Source: a virus
DNA length: 64,000 nt
Direction: 5' to 3' (one strand)
IMG/VR virus record: IMGVR_UViG_3300031973_001557
Coordinates: 1-64,000 of that record
This document shows, one piece after another, positions 1 through 8,238 of the stretch. The notes below the pieces were generated by a model that was given only the letters and a program-made list of their open reading frames with translations, had not been told where the DNA came from and ran no database searches. Numbering within the stretch: position 1 is the first letter of the stretch; each line of letters starts with the position of its first letter. The position numbers were made by a program, and so were the translations under genes.

Positions 1-1
1 A

Positions 2-2479
2 CATAAATCTAAAAGAGGTAATTATATAAATGATTTCTTTAGAGTAGTAGATTATAAAGTAGCTGAAGAAAGATTAGAGGAAGAAGAACTTCTAAACGAA
101 AGTTTATGGGCAAATATAAATGCTAAGAAAAAAAGAGGTGAAAAATCTTCACATAAAAACTCTAAAGCTTACAAAGCTGCAGTAAAATCTGGAGAAAAGT
201 TAAAAAAAAGTAAACTAAAAGAAGAAGATCCTAAAAAAGGTACTGGAAAAAAGCCTGAAGGATCTGGAAGACGTCTTTATACAGATGAAAACCCAAAAGA
301 TACAGTAAAAGTTAAGTTTAGAACTAAAGAAGATATAGTTGATACTCTAAATACAAAGACTTTTAAGTCTAAATCACATGCACGACAATCACAAGTTATT
401 AACTTAATACATCAAAGAGTACGAGCTGCATACCAAAATGCAAAAGATCCAGATACAAAGAGTAGATTAAAGAGAGCTTTCGATTATATTACTGATAGAA
501 AGGAAGCTTCTAAGGAAAAAACAAAAAGATTACAAAAGAACGAAGGTAAAAAAGGTGGTGGAAGAGGAAATGTTGGTTCTCGATATAGAGCTATAGAAAA
601 AAGAGGAAATAAATTTTATTATAGACAAGATGATCCATTAGGAGCAGGTGTAAGACAAGAATTTGGTCCATTTAAAACTAAAGCTGCTGCTTTAAGGAAA
701 ATGGGTGAATTTCCTCCTGCCACAAGCTACAGAGATATAACTGAAGGGGTAGATAATCAATTATTAACTGAATTTATAACATTTTGTTGTAAAAAACTTG
801 GTATTTCTGATAATTTTTTCGTATCTTTACATAGTAATAGGGATAAATTACAAACTTTAGCTCAATATAATCTAGTAGATAATTCTATAGATGTATATGT
901 TAAAGATAGACTAATGGCTGATATTTTAAGAAGTATAGCACACGAATTAGTACACCATCAACAACTAGAAAATGGTGATATTGATTTAAATAACATGCCA
1001 CAAGATATTGGAGGTACTATTGAGGATGAAGCTAATGCAGTAGCTGGTCAATTAGTTAAAGAGTTTGGTTATGATAATCCAGAAATCTTCGAAAATATAG
1101 ACCCAAAAGCTCAAAAAAAGCATCAAAAGAATCCAACAGCAGTTCCATTTGGTTCGGCATATTCTCCTGTTAAAGAAGATGGTAAGGAAGTATCTGATAA
1201 AAATATGGATGATTATAAAAAATCAAACATTAAAGAGGATAACGGTAAACCAAAAGCTATTTTTATGGCTGGTCCTGCCGGATCAGGTAAAACTTATATT
1301 TTAAATAAATTAGGAATAAAAGGATTTACTACAATTAATATAGATGATGAATTTGAAGAGCTTTTAAAGAAACAAATTGGTAAAAGTAGGTTTGCTGATA
1401 TGTCTCCTGAAGAACTTTCACAAGCTGCAAAGTTAATGGGTCAAGCTCGAAAAACAACTTCTGCTAAATTAGATAAAGCAAGAGAATCTTTAACTGATGT
1501 TATTATTGATGGAACTGGAGCAGCTTCTAATCCTATTCTTAAGAAGAAAAAACAATTTGAAGATCTAGGATATGAAACATTTATGATATTAATTTATGTT
1601 TCTCCTATTACTTCATTAATGAGAAATAAAGGTAGAGATAGAAGTTTACCACCAAGTGCTATTTTACAAACCTGGAAAGGAGTAGCACAAAATATGGAGA
1701 TTTATAAGAAAGAATTTGGAGATAATATCGTTCTAATTAATAACGATCCAGAAGATGCAGATAAAACATTTGATGATCCGCAAGAGATAATGAAACAATT
1801 TCCATCTCCAAAAGGTAAACCTAAAACTCCAGAAGAAATAGAAAAAGCTCGAGAAAAGAAAAAGAAACTAAATCAAGAGATACAAGATTTATTAAAAATA
1901 GAAAGAGAGTTTGATAATACAAAAGATGCTAAATCGAAAGTTATGAATTTTACAAAAGGTTTTATTAAAGAAGAAAAAGAAGGTAAGTTTAACATCTATT
2001 TAGATATGGATGGAGTAGTAGCTGACTTTGATCAACGATTTATAGATTTAAGTGGTATGCTACCAAAAGAGTTCGAAAATAAATTTGGTCGAAAAGAATT
2101 TTGGAACTTTATAGATGAAAAAAATAAATTAAAATTCTGGGTAGGAATACCAGAAATGTCAGATGCTAAGCAATTAGTAGATTATATTACTCCACACGGA
2201 TTTCAAATGTTAACAGCTCCTTCTATTAAAAAACAATCCTATTTAGGAAAAATGCTTTGGATTAAAAATCATGTAGGATCTTTATTTTCTTTTAAACCAT
2301 ATATTAATTTTAAGAAAGCAAAAGAAAAGCATAATGTTAAATCTAATTTAACTCCTAACGATATACTTATTGATGATAGAGAAGATACTATTGATAGATG
2401 GAATGCAGCAGGCGGCACCGGTGTACATCACACTTCAGCTTCCTCAACTATAAATAAATTAAAGAAATTAGGTATATGA
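2..2479 (+). CDS. Multi-module polyprotein, probable internal head protein, 5'-truncated: basic modules + HExxH metallopeptidase-like + zeta-toxin/AAA_33-like P-loop kinase + HAD 5'(3')-deoxyribonucleotidase
   Basis: The frame of ORF 701..2479 has no stop back to base 2 (HKSKRGNY...LLNE SLWANINAKKKRGEK...LKE EDPKKGTGKKPEGSGRRLYTDENPKD...). Motifs: AHELVH (941-955), GPAGSGKT (1271-1294), DMDGVVADF and ILIDD (HAD). Confidence 0.85.
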   Translation, partial: HKSKRGNYINDFFRVVDYKVAEERLEEEELLNESLWANINAKKKRGEKSSHKNSKAYKAAVKSGEKLKKSKLKEEDPKKGTGKKPEGSGRRLYTDENPKDTVKVKFRTKEDIVDTLNTKTFKSKSHARQSQVINLIHQRVRAAYQNAKDPDTKSRLKRAFDYITDRKEASKEKTKRLQKNEGKKGGGRGNVGSRYRAIEKRGNKFYYRQDDPLGAGVRQEFGPFKTKAAALRKMGEFPPATSYRDITEGVDNQLLTEFITFCCKKLGISDNFFVSLHSNRDKLQTLAQYNLVDNSIDVYVKDRLMADILRSIAHELVHHQQLENGDIDLNNMPQDIGGTIEDEANAVAGQLVKEFGYDNPEIFENIDPKAQKKHQKNPTAVPFGSAYSPVKEDGKEVSDKNMDDYKKSNIKEDNGKPKAIFMAGPAGSGKTYILNKLGIKGFTTINIDDEFEELLKKQIGKSRFADMSPEELSQAAKLMGQARKTTSAKLDKARESLTDVIIDGTGAASNPILKKKKQFEDLGYETFMILIYVSPITSLMRNKGRDRSLPPSAILQTWKGVAQNMEIYKKEFGDNIVLINNDPEDADKTFDDPQEIMKQFPSPKGKPKTPEEIEKAREKKKKLNQEIQDLLKIEREFDNTKDAKSKVMNFTKGFIKEEKEGKFNIYLDMDGVVADFDQRFIDLSGMLPKEFENKFGRKEFWNFIDEKNKLKFWVGIPEMSDAKQLVDYITPHGFQMLTAPSIKKQSYLGKMLWIKNHVGSLFSFKPYINFKKAKEKHNVKSNLTPNDILIDDREDTIDRWNAAGGTGVHHTSASSTINKLKKLGI
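798..829 (+). promoter_or_regulatory. Putative host-sigma (early/middle) promoter inside the polyprotein gene
   Basis: TTG-N21-TATCTTTA with the TTTTCG extension also seen upstream of the replication genes; resembles the Bacteroidota TTG/TAnnTTTG consensus. Confidence 0.4.
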
Positions 2480-3048
2480 GAGATACAGTTTTAAAAAAAC
2501 AGTTTCAAGAAAAAGATATTAAAAGAATGCGTAACCTCATTAAAGGTGAGGGAAATAAAGCTACACAAATTCAATTAGGATATAAGAAAAAGCAAATTGA
2601 TAGAAAAGAAGGTGATGTTTGGGAAGAGGATGGTCGAAAATGGACTATAAAAAATGGTATAAAAAAGAATTTTACAAAAAATAGTTTAGCAAAAAAAATT
2701 AATGCACCTCTTTTTTGTCCATCTTGTAATAAAATTATGAATAAACAAACTGATCCTTTCTTTTATAGTATTAGACAAACATGCTCAGATTGTTTTTACG
2801 ATTGGCAAACAAATATGAAAGTACAGGGTAAGTGGGAAGAATACAAAAAAAATGTAAATAATAAAGATATTGATTACATGAAGCAGGAATTATCGCAATT
2901 TTTTGAAGCATTTACAACCTATTCAGATGAAAGCTATATAACGGAAGGAGGTGATGTAGAAAAATGGGTAGGAAAAACTAATACTGATGAAATGAAGAAA
3001 GGGTTAGATTATATGCTTAAAAAATTAGATGAGCTAAAGAAAGATTAA
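2476..3048 (+). CDS. Hypothetical protein with zinc ribbon
   Basis: CPSC...CSDC; ATGA overlap with the upstream stop. Confidence 0.75.
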   Translation: MRDTVLKKQFQEKDIKRMRNLIKGEGNKATQIQLGYKKKQIDRKEGDVWEEDGRKWTIKNGIKKNFTKNSLAKKINAPLFCPSCNKIMNKQTDPFFYSIRQTCSDCFYDWQTNMKVQGKWEEYKKNVNNKDIDYMKQELSQFFEAFTTYSDESYITEGGDVEKWVGKTNTDEMKKGLDYMLKKLDELKKD

Positions 3049-3056
3049 ATTTCTTA

Positions 3057-3064
3057 TATTTATA
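3057..3064 (+). promoter_or_regulatory. Putative late promoter TATTTATA
   Basis: The motif recurs upstream of many structural genes. Confidence 0.5.
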
Positions 3065-3080
3065 AAAATAAATTTATACT

Positions 3081-3347
3081 ATGAGTAAACAGGAATTCAA
3101 CATTCATAACTGGAGATTTAAACAAGCTATCAAAGAAGCTGAAGAAGAAGAAACAGTTGAAAAAGAAGAAGAAACGGAAGAAGTTGAAACAGAAGCTGAT
3201 ACTGAAGAGGTAGCTGATGATGATGAATCAAGAGTTCCTTATAATAGATTATACAAACTATTAAGCAAAGGATTAGGAAAATCATTTACAGAACTATATC
3301 CTACACCGGATTATTTCTTTGATATTGCTAGTCAATTATTTAAATAA
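3081..3347 (+). CDS. Acidic hypothetical protein, probable internal head protein
   Basis: N-terminal FNIHNW...IKE propeptide-like segment and a Glu-rich tract. Confidence 0.7.
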   Translation: MSKQEFNIHNWRFKQAIKEAEEEETVEKEEETEEVETEADTEEVADDDESRVPYNRLYKLLSKGLGKSFTELYPTPDYFFDIASQLFK

Positions 3348-3357
3348 AACAAATATT

Positions 3358-3522
3358 ATGAGCAAATTAGCTAAAATAAAAGAAGTTTTAACATCTGAAT
3401 ATTTTGTTGTTAGTGTAGCTGGTCTTACCGGAGCAGTCGTTTATTTCAAGGGTTTACCACTAATTGGAGGTATTGCAATTGGAGTTGCTGCAACTAAACT
3501 TTGGGAGGTTTTAAGAAAATAA
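3358..3522 (+). CDS. Small membrane protein with two hydrophobic segments (holin-like candidate)
   Basis: ATG at 3358 preferred over the overlapping TTG at 3319; two hydrophobic helices and a basic C-terminus. Confidence 0.55.
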   Translation: MSKLAKIKEVLTSEYFVVSVAGLTGAVVYFKGLPLIGGIAIGVAATKLWEVLRK

Positions 3523-3546
3523 TTTATGTTAATTATTATTAATTTA

Positions 3547-3578
3547 GCAGGTCGGTTGTAATATACCGGCCTGTTTTT
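3547..3578 (+). terminator. Rho-independent terminator
   Basis: GCAGGTCGGT-loop-ACCGGCCTGT followed by a T run. Confidence 0.75.
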
Positions 3579-3590
3579 ATTTTAAATATT

Positions 3591-4262
3591 ATGAAACTAA
3601 TACAAGCATATAAACAAATAATAAGAGAAGATAAAACCTGCCCACCAGCTACTCAAGATTTAGATCTTAATCTAAAAAATCGTAATAAAGCTTTTAAAGA
3701 ATATAATTACGGTCCAGCAGATCCAAGATTAGATCTTAAATTAGATGTTGATGTATCATCTATTAAATTTGATAAAAATAGATTATATACAGATGCTCAA
3801 GGGGAAGATATTTTTTTAAGTGAAGATGAGTTAAAAGAAAAAGGTAATTATACCTATTGGAAAAAATTAGCTGATGTTTATAATCAAGAAAGTATAAACG
3901 AATCTTTACAAATGAGATGTGGTAATTGTGCTGCATTTGTTATTACTTCAGAAATGAAAGCTTGTATTGAAAAAGGTATATCTGATGTAGAATCTGCATT
4001 AACTGAAAAAGCAGGAGAATTAGGTTACTGTCAATTTTTAAAATTTAAATGCGCAGCTGCTCGAACCTGTCAATCATGGGTTGGTGGAGGACCAATTAAA
4101 GATGAAGAAGTTGAAGAACGCAAATTAACTAAAAAAGAAAAGAAGGGATTAAGAAAATTAGAAAAAGATATCCCAATGAAAAGTTTTAAAAAGCAGTATG
4201 GTAAAGATGCTGAAGATATTTATTATGGTACGCTAACTAATTTAGCAAAGAAAAAATATTAA
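3591..4262 (+). CDS. Probable internal head protein; Cys-rich domain plus basic C-terminal module
   Basis: MKLIQAYKQIIRE leader; CGNCAAF...GYC...C...C; VEE followed by an RKLTKKEK module. Confidence 0.75.
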   Translation: MKLIQAYKQIIREDKTCPPATQDLDLNLKNRNKAFKEYNYGPADPRLDLKLDVDVSSIKFDKNRLYTDAQGEDIFLSEDELKEKGNYTYWKKLADVYNQESINESLQMRCGNCAAFVITSEMKACIEKGISDVESALTEKAGELGYCQFLKFKCAAARTCQSWVGGGPIKDEEVEERKLTKKEKKGLRKLEKDIPMKSFKKQYGKDAEDIYYGTLTNLAKKKY

Positions 4263-4266
4263 AAAA

Positions 4267-4770
4267 ATGGCACAAGATAACTTTAACATCGGTAAATTCT
4301 TAAAAGAATCAGTAAAAAACTCTTATACTAAACAAGTAGCAGGAGAAGAGAAAAAAGAATTATTAAATGAAAATTTCGTTGGTTTAGAACCTATTAATAC
4401 TATTCCTACTAGAAATAAAGAAGATTATGAATTAGCATTTTCTAAATTTTTAGGAGAAGAAAAAGAAGAAACTCACGAAGAAATGGAAGAAGATTTACAT
4501 GTAGTACCTGTTGGAGTAGATAATAAGATTGATCATTCTAATCATGGTATAGATGATGAAGGTAGAATGGCTAAATCTCAATTATATAAAATTGCTAAAT
4601 ATGCTTCTGAATTATATAAAATGATGGATGATAATACACAACTTGATGCATGGGTACAAGCTAAGCTTACAAAAGCATGTGATTACGTTGGTACTGTAAA
4701 ACATTATCTAGAAGGAGAGGAAGCAATTGATATGTTAGGAGAAGAAAAAGAAGATGAACATAAAGGATAG
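4267..4770 (+). CDS. Probable internal head protein
   Basis: FNIGKFLKE leader; shares a 34-aa segment with ORF 13549. Confidence 0.75.
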   Translation: MAQDNFNIGKFLKESVKNSYTKQVAGEEKKELLNENFVGLEPINTIPTRNKEDYELAFSKFLGEEKEETHEEMEEDLHVVPVGVDNKIDHSNHGIDDEGRMAKSQLYKIAKYASELYKMMDDNTQLDAWVQAKLTKACDYVGTVKHYLEGEEAIDMLGEEKEDEHKG

Positions 4771-5203
4771 GATAAAGAATCTTGTTAAAGATGTATTTAA
4801 TCAGTTAGAAAAACCACAGTATAAACCAGCAGGTTTAGATGTTTTAACTGACTATCCTTCTTTATATGAAACTTTAAATGATCTTTTTGATAATCAATAT
4901 TTTAATTTTGTAAAAACTATTGATTGGGTATCTCCAATACCAACAACATTTAGAATAGTACTAGTTAATGGAGCTGAGTTTTATTTAATTTATTCTAAAA
5001 ATTCATGGATAGCCCAAGTTGCAGGTAAAAAATATTTTTTAATTAAATTACCTCAAAAACAAAGAGCAGTAAACGCTATATCAAGATTATTAAGACATTA
5101 TTATGTTGATGTTAATAATGAAGAAGATAGCGGAGGAGTAAGTATTGAACCACCAGCTGATGATACTCCAGCAGAGGAACCACCAGCTCCAGAAGAAGAG
5201 TAA
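4754..5203 (+). CDS. Hypothetical protein with Pro/Glu-rich tail
   Basis: 149-aa ORF coupled to its neighbours. Confidence 0.7.
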   Translation: MNIKDRIKNLVKDVFNQLEKPQYKPAGLDVLTDYPSLYETLNDLFDNQYFNFVKTIDWVSPIPTTFRIVLVNGAEFYLIYSKNSWIAQVAGKKYFLIKLPQKQRAVNAISRLLRHYYVDVNNEEDSGGVSIEPPADDTPAEEPPAPEEE

Positions 5204-5204
5204 T

Positions 5205-5558
5205 ATGAATAGCTTTGATTTAAAAAAATATCTATCTGAAAATAAACTTACTGAAGAACATTACTCAGTAAAAATACCACCTGCAATGATGCAAATAGCA
5301 TGTAGATGCTTAGATAAAGCTAATATTCCACATAGTGTAGATAATACTACTTCATCAGTTATATTTAATAACGAATCTGGAATGAAAAGGGGTAAAGATA
5401 TTTTTAATATGATTTATAGAGGAGTAGATCAATTTAATGAAGGTGTAGATATTGATGATAATGAAGCAGATTCTAGAGAAACTTCTGTAGATGATAATGA
5501 AACATATTCAGGTCAAAACAGAGATGAGACAGATAATATAGAAAAAATGGGCTTATAA
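5205..5558 (+). CDS. Probable internal head protein
   Basis: ATG at 5205 just after the upstream stop; MNSFDLKKYLSENKLTE leader. Confidence 0.65.
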   Translation: MNSFDLKKYLSENKLTEEHYSVKIPPAMMQIACRCLDKANIPHSVDNTTSSVIFNNESGMKRGKDIFNMIYRGVDQFNEGVDIDDNEADSRETSVDDNETYSGQNRDETDNIEKMGL

Positions 5559-5559
5559 T

Positions 5560-6816
5560 ATGGATCCTATAACAAGATTTTTAAATAAAGTTTCCCATAA
5601 ATTCCCAAAAGGGTATCCTGAACTTACAGAAGAAAAGGATATTCTTTTATTACAATCATTATTAGAAAATTTAGATTTAAAAGTAAATTTACAAGAATTA
5701 GTTAAGTTAGAATATGATATTCTTTCTGATAAGGCAAAAAAAATAGCTGAAGAATTAATTACATTACTAGGAATTACTAAAGAACAAATTAAACCAGCCT
5801 CTAAAAATAAAATTGTTATATATGATGATAACAGAGATGTTTTAATTGATAGAATTGAAGATTCTAATAAATACGGTCAAAGAAGACATCCTAGAAGTGG
5901 TAATTTTAAAATAGATGATGTATTTATTATTTTAAAACCAGGAGCTAAAGGAGGTGAATATTACGAATTAAAACCACAACAGCTAGGAATTACTTTAGAT
6001 GAAAAAATAACTCTTGATCAATTATTTAAAGAATTAGAACGAGGAGTAAAAGATAATAAAATAATGTCGGACACTCAGAAAAAAGTTCTTTTATATACTA
6101 TTAATAAGCAAGATAAACCAAGTAGTGAAGAAATAGAAGAAGCAATGTCAGCTCCTAGTTTTTATAATGAAGTATTAAAAAATTTAGGAGAGCCATTAGG
6201 GGCATTAGTATATGGTAAGTCAATAGGAGCTGAAGGAGTTGAATTTCCTGGAGCTGGAAATTATCCTTTAATTGATTATTTACTGTATCAAGGAGATGAT
6301 CAAATCCAAGTAAGTGCTAAAACTTCTAAAGGAATGGGTAATACGGTTAAGTTAAATGATCTTAAAAAAGTAGTTGAGAAAAAAGATGGTGAAATAGATG
6401 CTGATAAAATGTTAGTAATTGATGAAATAACAAAAGGATCAGTATTAGAGGGGCCCCTTAATTTGATAGAAAAAATAGGTAGCTCTACCTTAAAAAAACA
6501 ACTAAAAGAATTTTACGAAAAATATCCTGAATTTCCTAAAATTAATAATCCTTATGATAGGGAAGCTCATGCAGATAGAATTAGGTTAGAAAAAGCATTA
6601 ATTAAAGAATTAAATGCAGATCCAAAATATAATTACAACGATTTATTTAACGAATATGTAGCTGTAAGATATGTTAAATACAAACTAAATCAAAAAAATC
6701 TTGAAGATGGATTTGATATAATCGATGCAGGACAATTTAACGTAACACTAGCTTCTAAAAACAGTCCAGGTCATGATTCAGATAGAGTTGGTTTAGCAGT
6801 TAAAAAATTAAAATAA
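5560..6816 (+). CDS. Putative PD-(D/E)xK-fold endonuclease with N-terminal propeptide
   Basis: LGE...FPGAGNYPLIDY...VSAK resembles a restriction-endonuclease-like active site; leader ends in LLE/LQE. Confidence 0.5.
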   Translation: MDPITRFLNKVSHKFPKGYPELTEEKDILLLQSLLENLDLKVNLQELVKLEYDILSDKAKKIAEELITLLGITKEQIKPASKNKIVIYDDNRDVLIDRIEDSNKYGQRRHPRSGNFKIDDVFIILKPGAKGGEYYELKPQQLGITLDEKITLDQLFKELERGVKDNKIMSDTQKKVLLYTINKQDKPSSEEIEEAMSAPSFYNEVLKNLGEPLGALVYGKSIGAEGVEFPGAGNYPLIDYLLYQGDDQIQVSAKTSKGMGNTVKLNDLKKVVEKKDGEIDADKMLVIDEITKGSVLEGPLNLIEKIGSSTLKKQLKEFYEKYPEFPKINNPYDREAHADRIRLEKALIKELNADPKYNYNDLFNEYVAVRYVKYKLNQKNLEDGFDIIDAGQFNVTLASKNSPGHDSDRVGLAVKKLK

Positions 6817-6817
6817 T

Positions 6818-7411
6818 ATGTGTAAATGTGGATGTAATACATGCGATGATAATAAAGCTCCTATTATAAAAGAGGAGAAAAAAGGACTTTTATCTGAAGG
6901 TTTAAAGTATCATCTTGAATATAATATCCCATTATCGGAAAATATCTATCGTATAGGATCCGAAGAATATTGTAAATTATTTCAAGAAGCTCGTAAATTA
7001 TATACTAAAGGACTAATTGAAGTAAATGATAATGATAAGTGGTATCTAACTGAAAATGTTGGTGAATTAGCATATTTTAAAGGAAGAAAAGTTATATTAG
7101 ATACTCCATTTGAAATAAAAGAAGCTGAATATCAAGGTAAACAAGTTGATCTTAATAAACCTAAAAGAGGAGGCAGAAAAAAATTTTATGTTTATGTAAA
7201 AACTCCAACAGGAAGAATAAAAAAAGTTGAATTCGGTGGAACTACAGGATTAAAAGTTAAACTTAAAGATACAGCTAGAAGAAAAGCATTTGCTGATAGA
7301 CATAATTGTAAAGATAAAAAAGATAAAACTAAACCTGGCTATTGGTCTTGTAATCTACCAAGATATGCTCATCAGTTAGGATTAGGTAAAAACATGAATA
7401 CTTTTTGGTAA
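6818..7411 (+). CDS. Two-module probable internal head protein
   Basis: CKCGCNTC N-terminus; IKE, LSE, LTE and IKE sites; basic C-terminal module KKFYVYVK...RHNC...YWSC. Confidence 0.75.
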   Translation: MCKCGCNTCDDNKAPIIKEEKKGLLSEGLKYHLEYNIPLSENIYRIGSEEYCKLFQEARKLYTKGLIEVNDNDKWYLTENVGELAYFKGRKVILDTPFEIKEAEYQGKQVDLNKPKRGGRKKFYVYVKTPTGRIKKVEFGGTTGLKVKLKDTARRKAFADRHNCKDKKDKTKPGYWSCNLPRYAHQLGLGKNMNTFW

Positions 7412-7959
7412 TGGATAGAATAGATAAATTAGTAGAGCAATATCTTAAAGAGCTTAAAGAAAAGACTGAAGTTAAGCAAGATAAGGATATTAAAGGTAGA
7501 AAAGGAACTCAACCTGCAAAATATCATAAAGGATTAAGCAAATCAACTAAAGCAAAAAGAGATGCTCAGTTTAAAAAGCAGGCTAAAATGTCAGATAAAG
7601 ATCCTAGCGCTTATAAAAAAGCACCAGGAGATGCTAGAGCAAAAACTAAACCATCACAATATACTAAGAAGTTTGAAAAAATGTTTGGTGAAATAAAACA
7701 AACATTAAATGAAGAAGATAAAGTTACAAAAGCTTTAAAAAATAAAGCAAAAAAAGCTAATGCTCCTTTAGGTGCTCTTAGAGCTATATACAATAAAGGA
7801 TTAGCCGCTTGGAAAACAGGTCATAGACCTGGTGCAGGAATGCATCAATGGGGAATGGCAAGAGTTAATTCTGTTTTAACTGGAGGAAAAGCAAGAAAAG
7901 TTGATGCTGCACAATGGAAAAAAATCCAAAAATACCGCAAAAACAAGAAAAAGAAGTAG
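7411..7959 (+). CDS. Two-module basic probable internal head protein
   Basis: ATG overlaps the upstream TAA; LKE and LNE sites separate two basic modules. Confidence 0.75.
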   Translation: MDRIDKLVEQYLKELKEKTEVKQDKDIKGRKGTQPAKYHKGLSKSTKAKRDAQFKKQAKMSDKDPSAYKKAPGDARAKTKPSQYTKKFEKMFGEIKQTLNEEDKVTKALKNKAKKANAPLGALRAIYNKGLAAWKTGHRPGAGMHQWGMARVNSVLTGGKARKVDAAQWKKIQKYRKNKKKK

Positions 7960-8219
7960 TTTTTACCGATAATTCTTATCAAGATTATTTTATTCGCACT
8001 ATTTCAAAAGATGTTGATATAATGTCCTTAATATGGCATAAAGATCAATACACAAGAGATATAGAAGTAATACAATCAAATAATTGGCAGTTTCAATTTG
8101 ATAATAAAGTACCTTTTAAGTTGGAAAATAATCAAAAATTTACTATCTTAAAGGAACGTATACATAGAGTAATTAAAGGTAAAGGTGATTTAATTTTAAA
8201 AATAAAGGAACAAAAATAA
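7914..8219 (+). CDS. Cupin-like small protein
   Basis: WHKD...WQFQFD...HRVIKG cupin-type His motifs; start uncertain. Confidence 0.55.
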   Translation: MEKNPKIPQKQEKEVVFTDNSYQDYFIRTISKDVDIMSLIWHKDQYTRDIEVIQSNNWQFQFDNKVPFKLENNQKFTILKERIHRVIKGKGDLILKIKEQK

Positions 8220-8238
8220 ATAAAGATATTTATAAATA

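Noticed and set aside
701-703. ATG at 701 as the start of the first gene
   Set aside because: The frame is open and coding-like back to base 2, so the true start lies outside the window.
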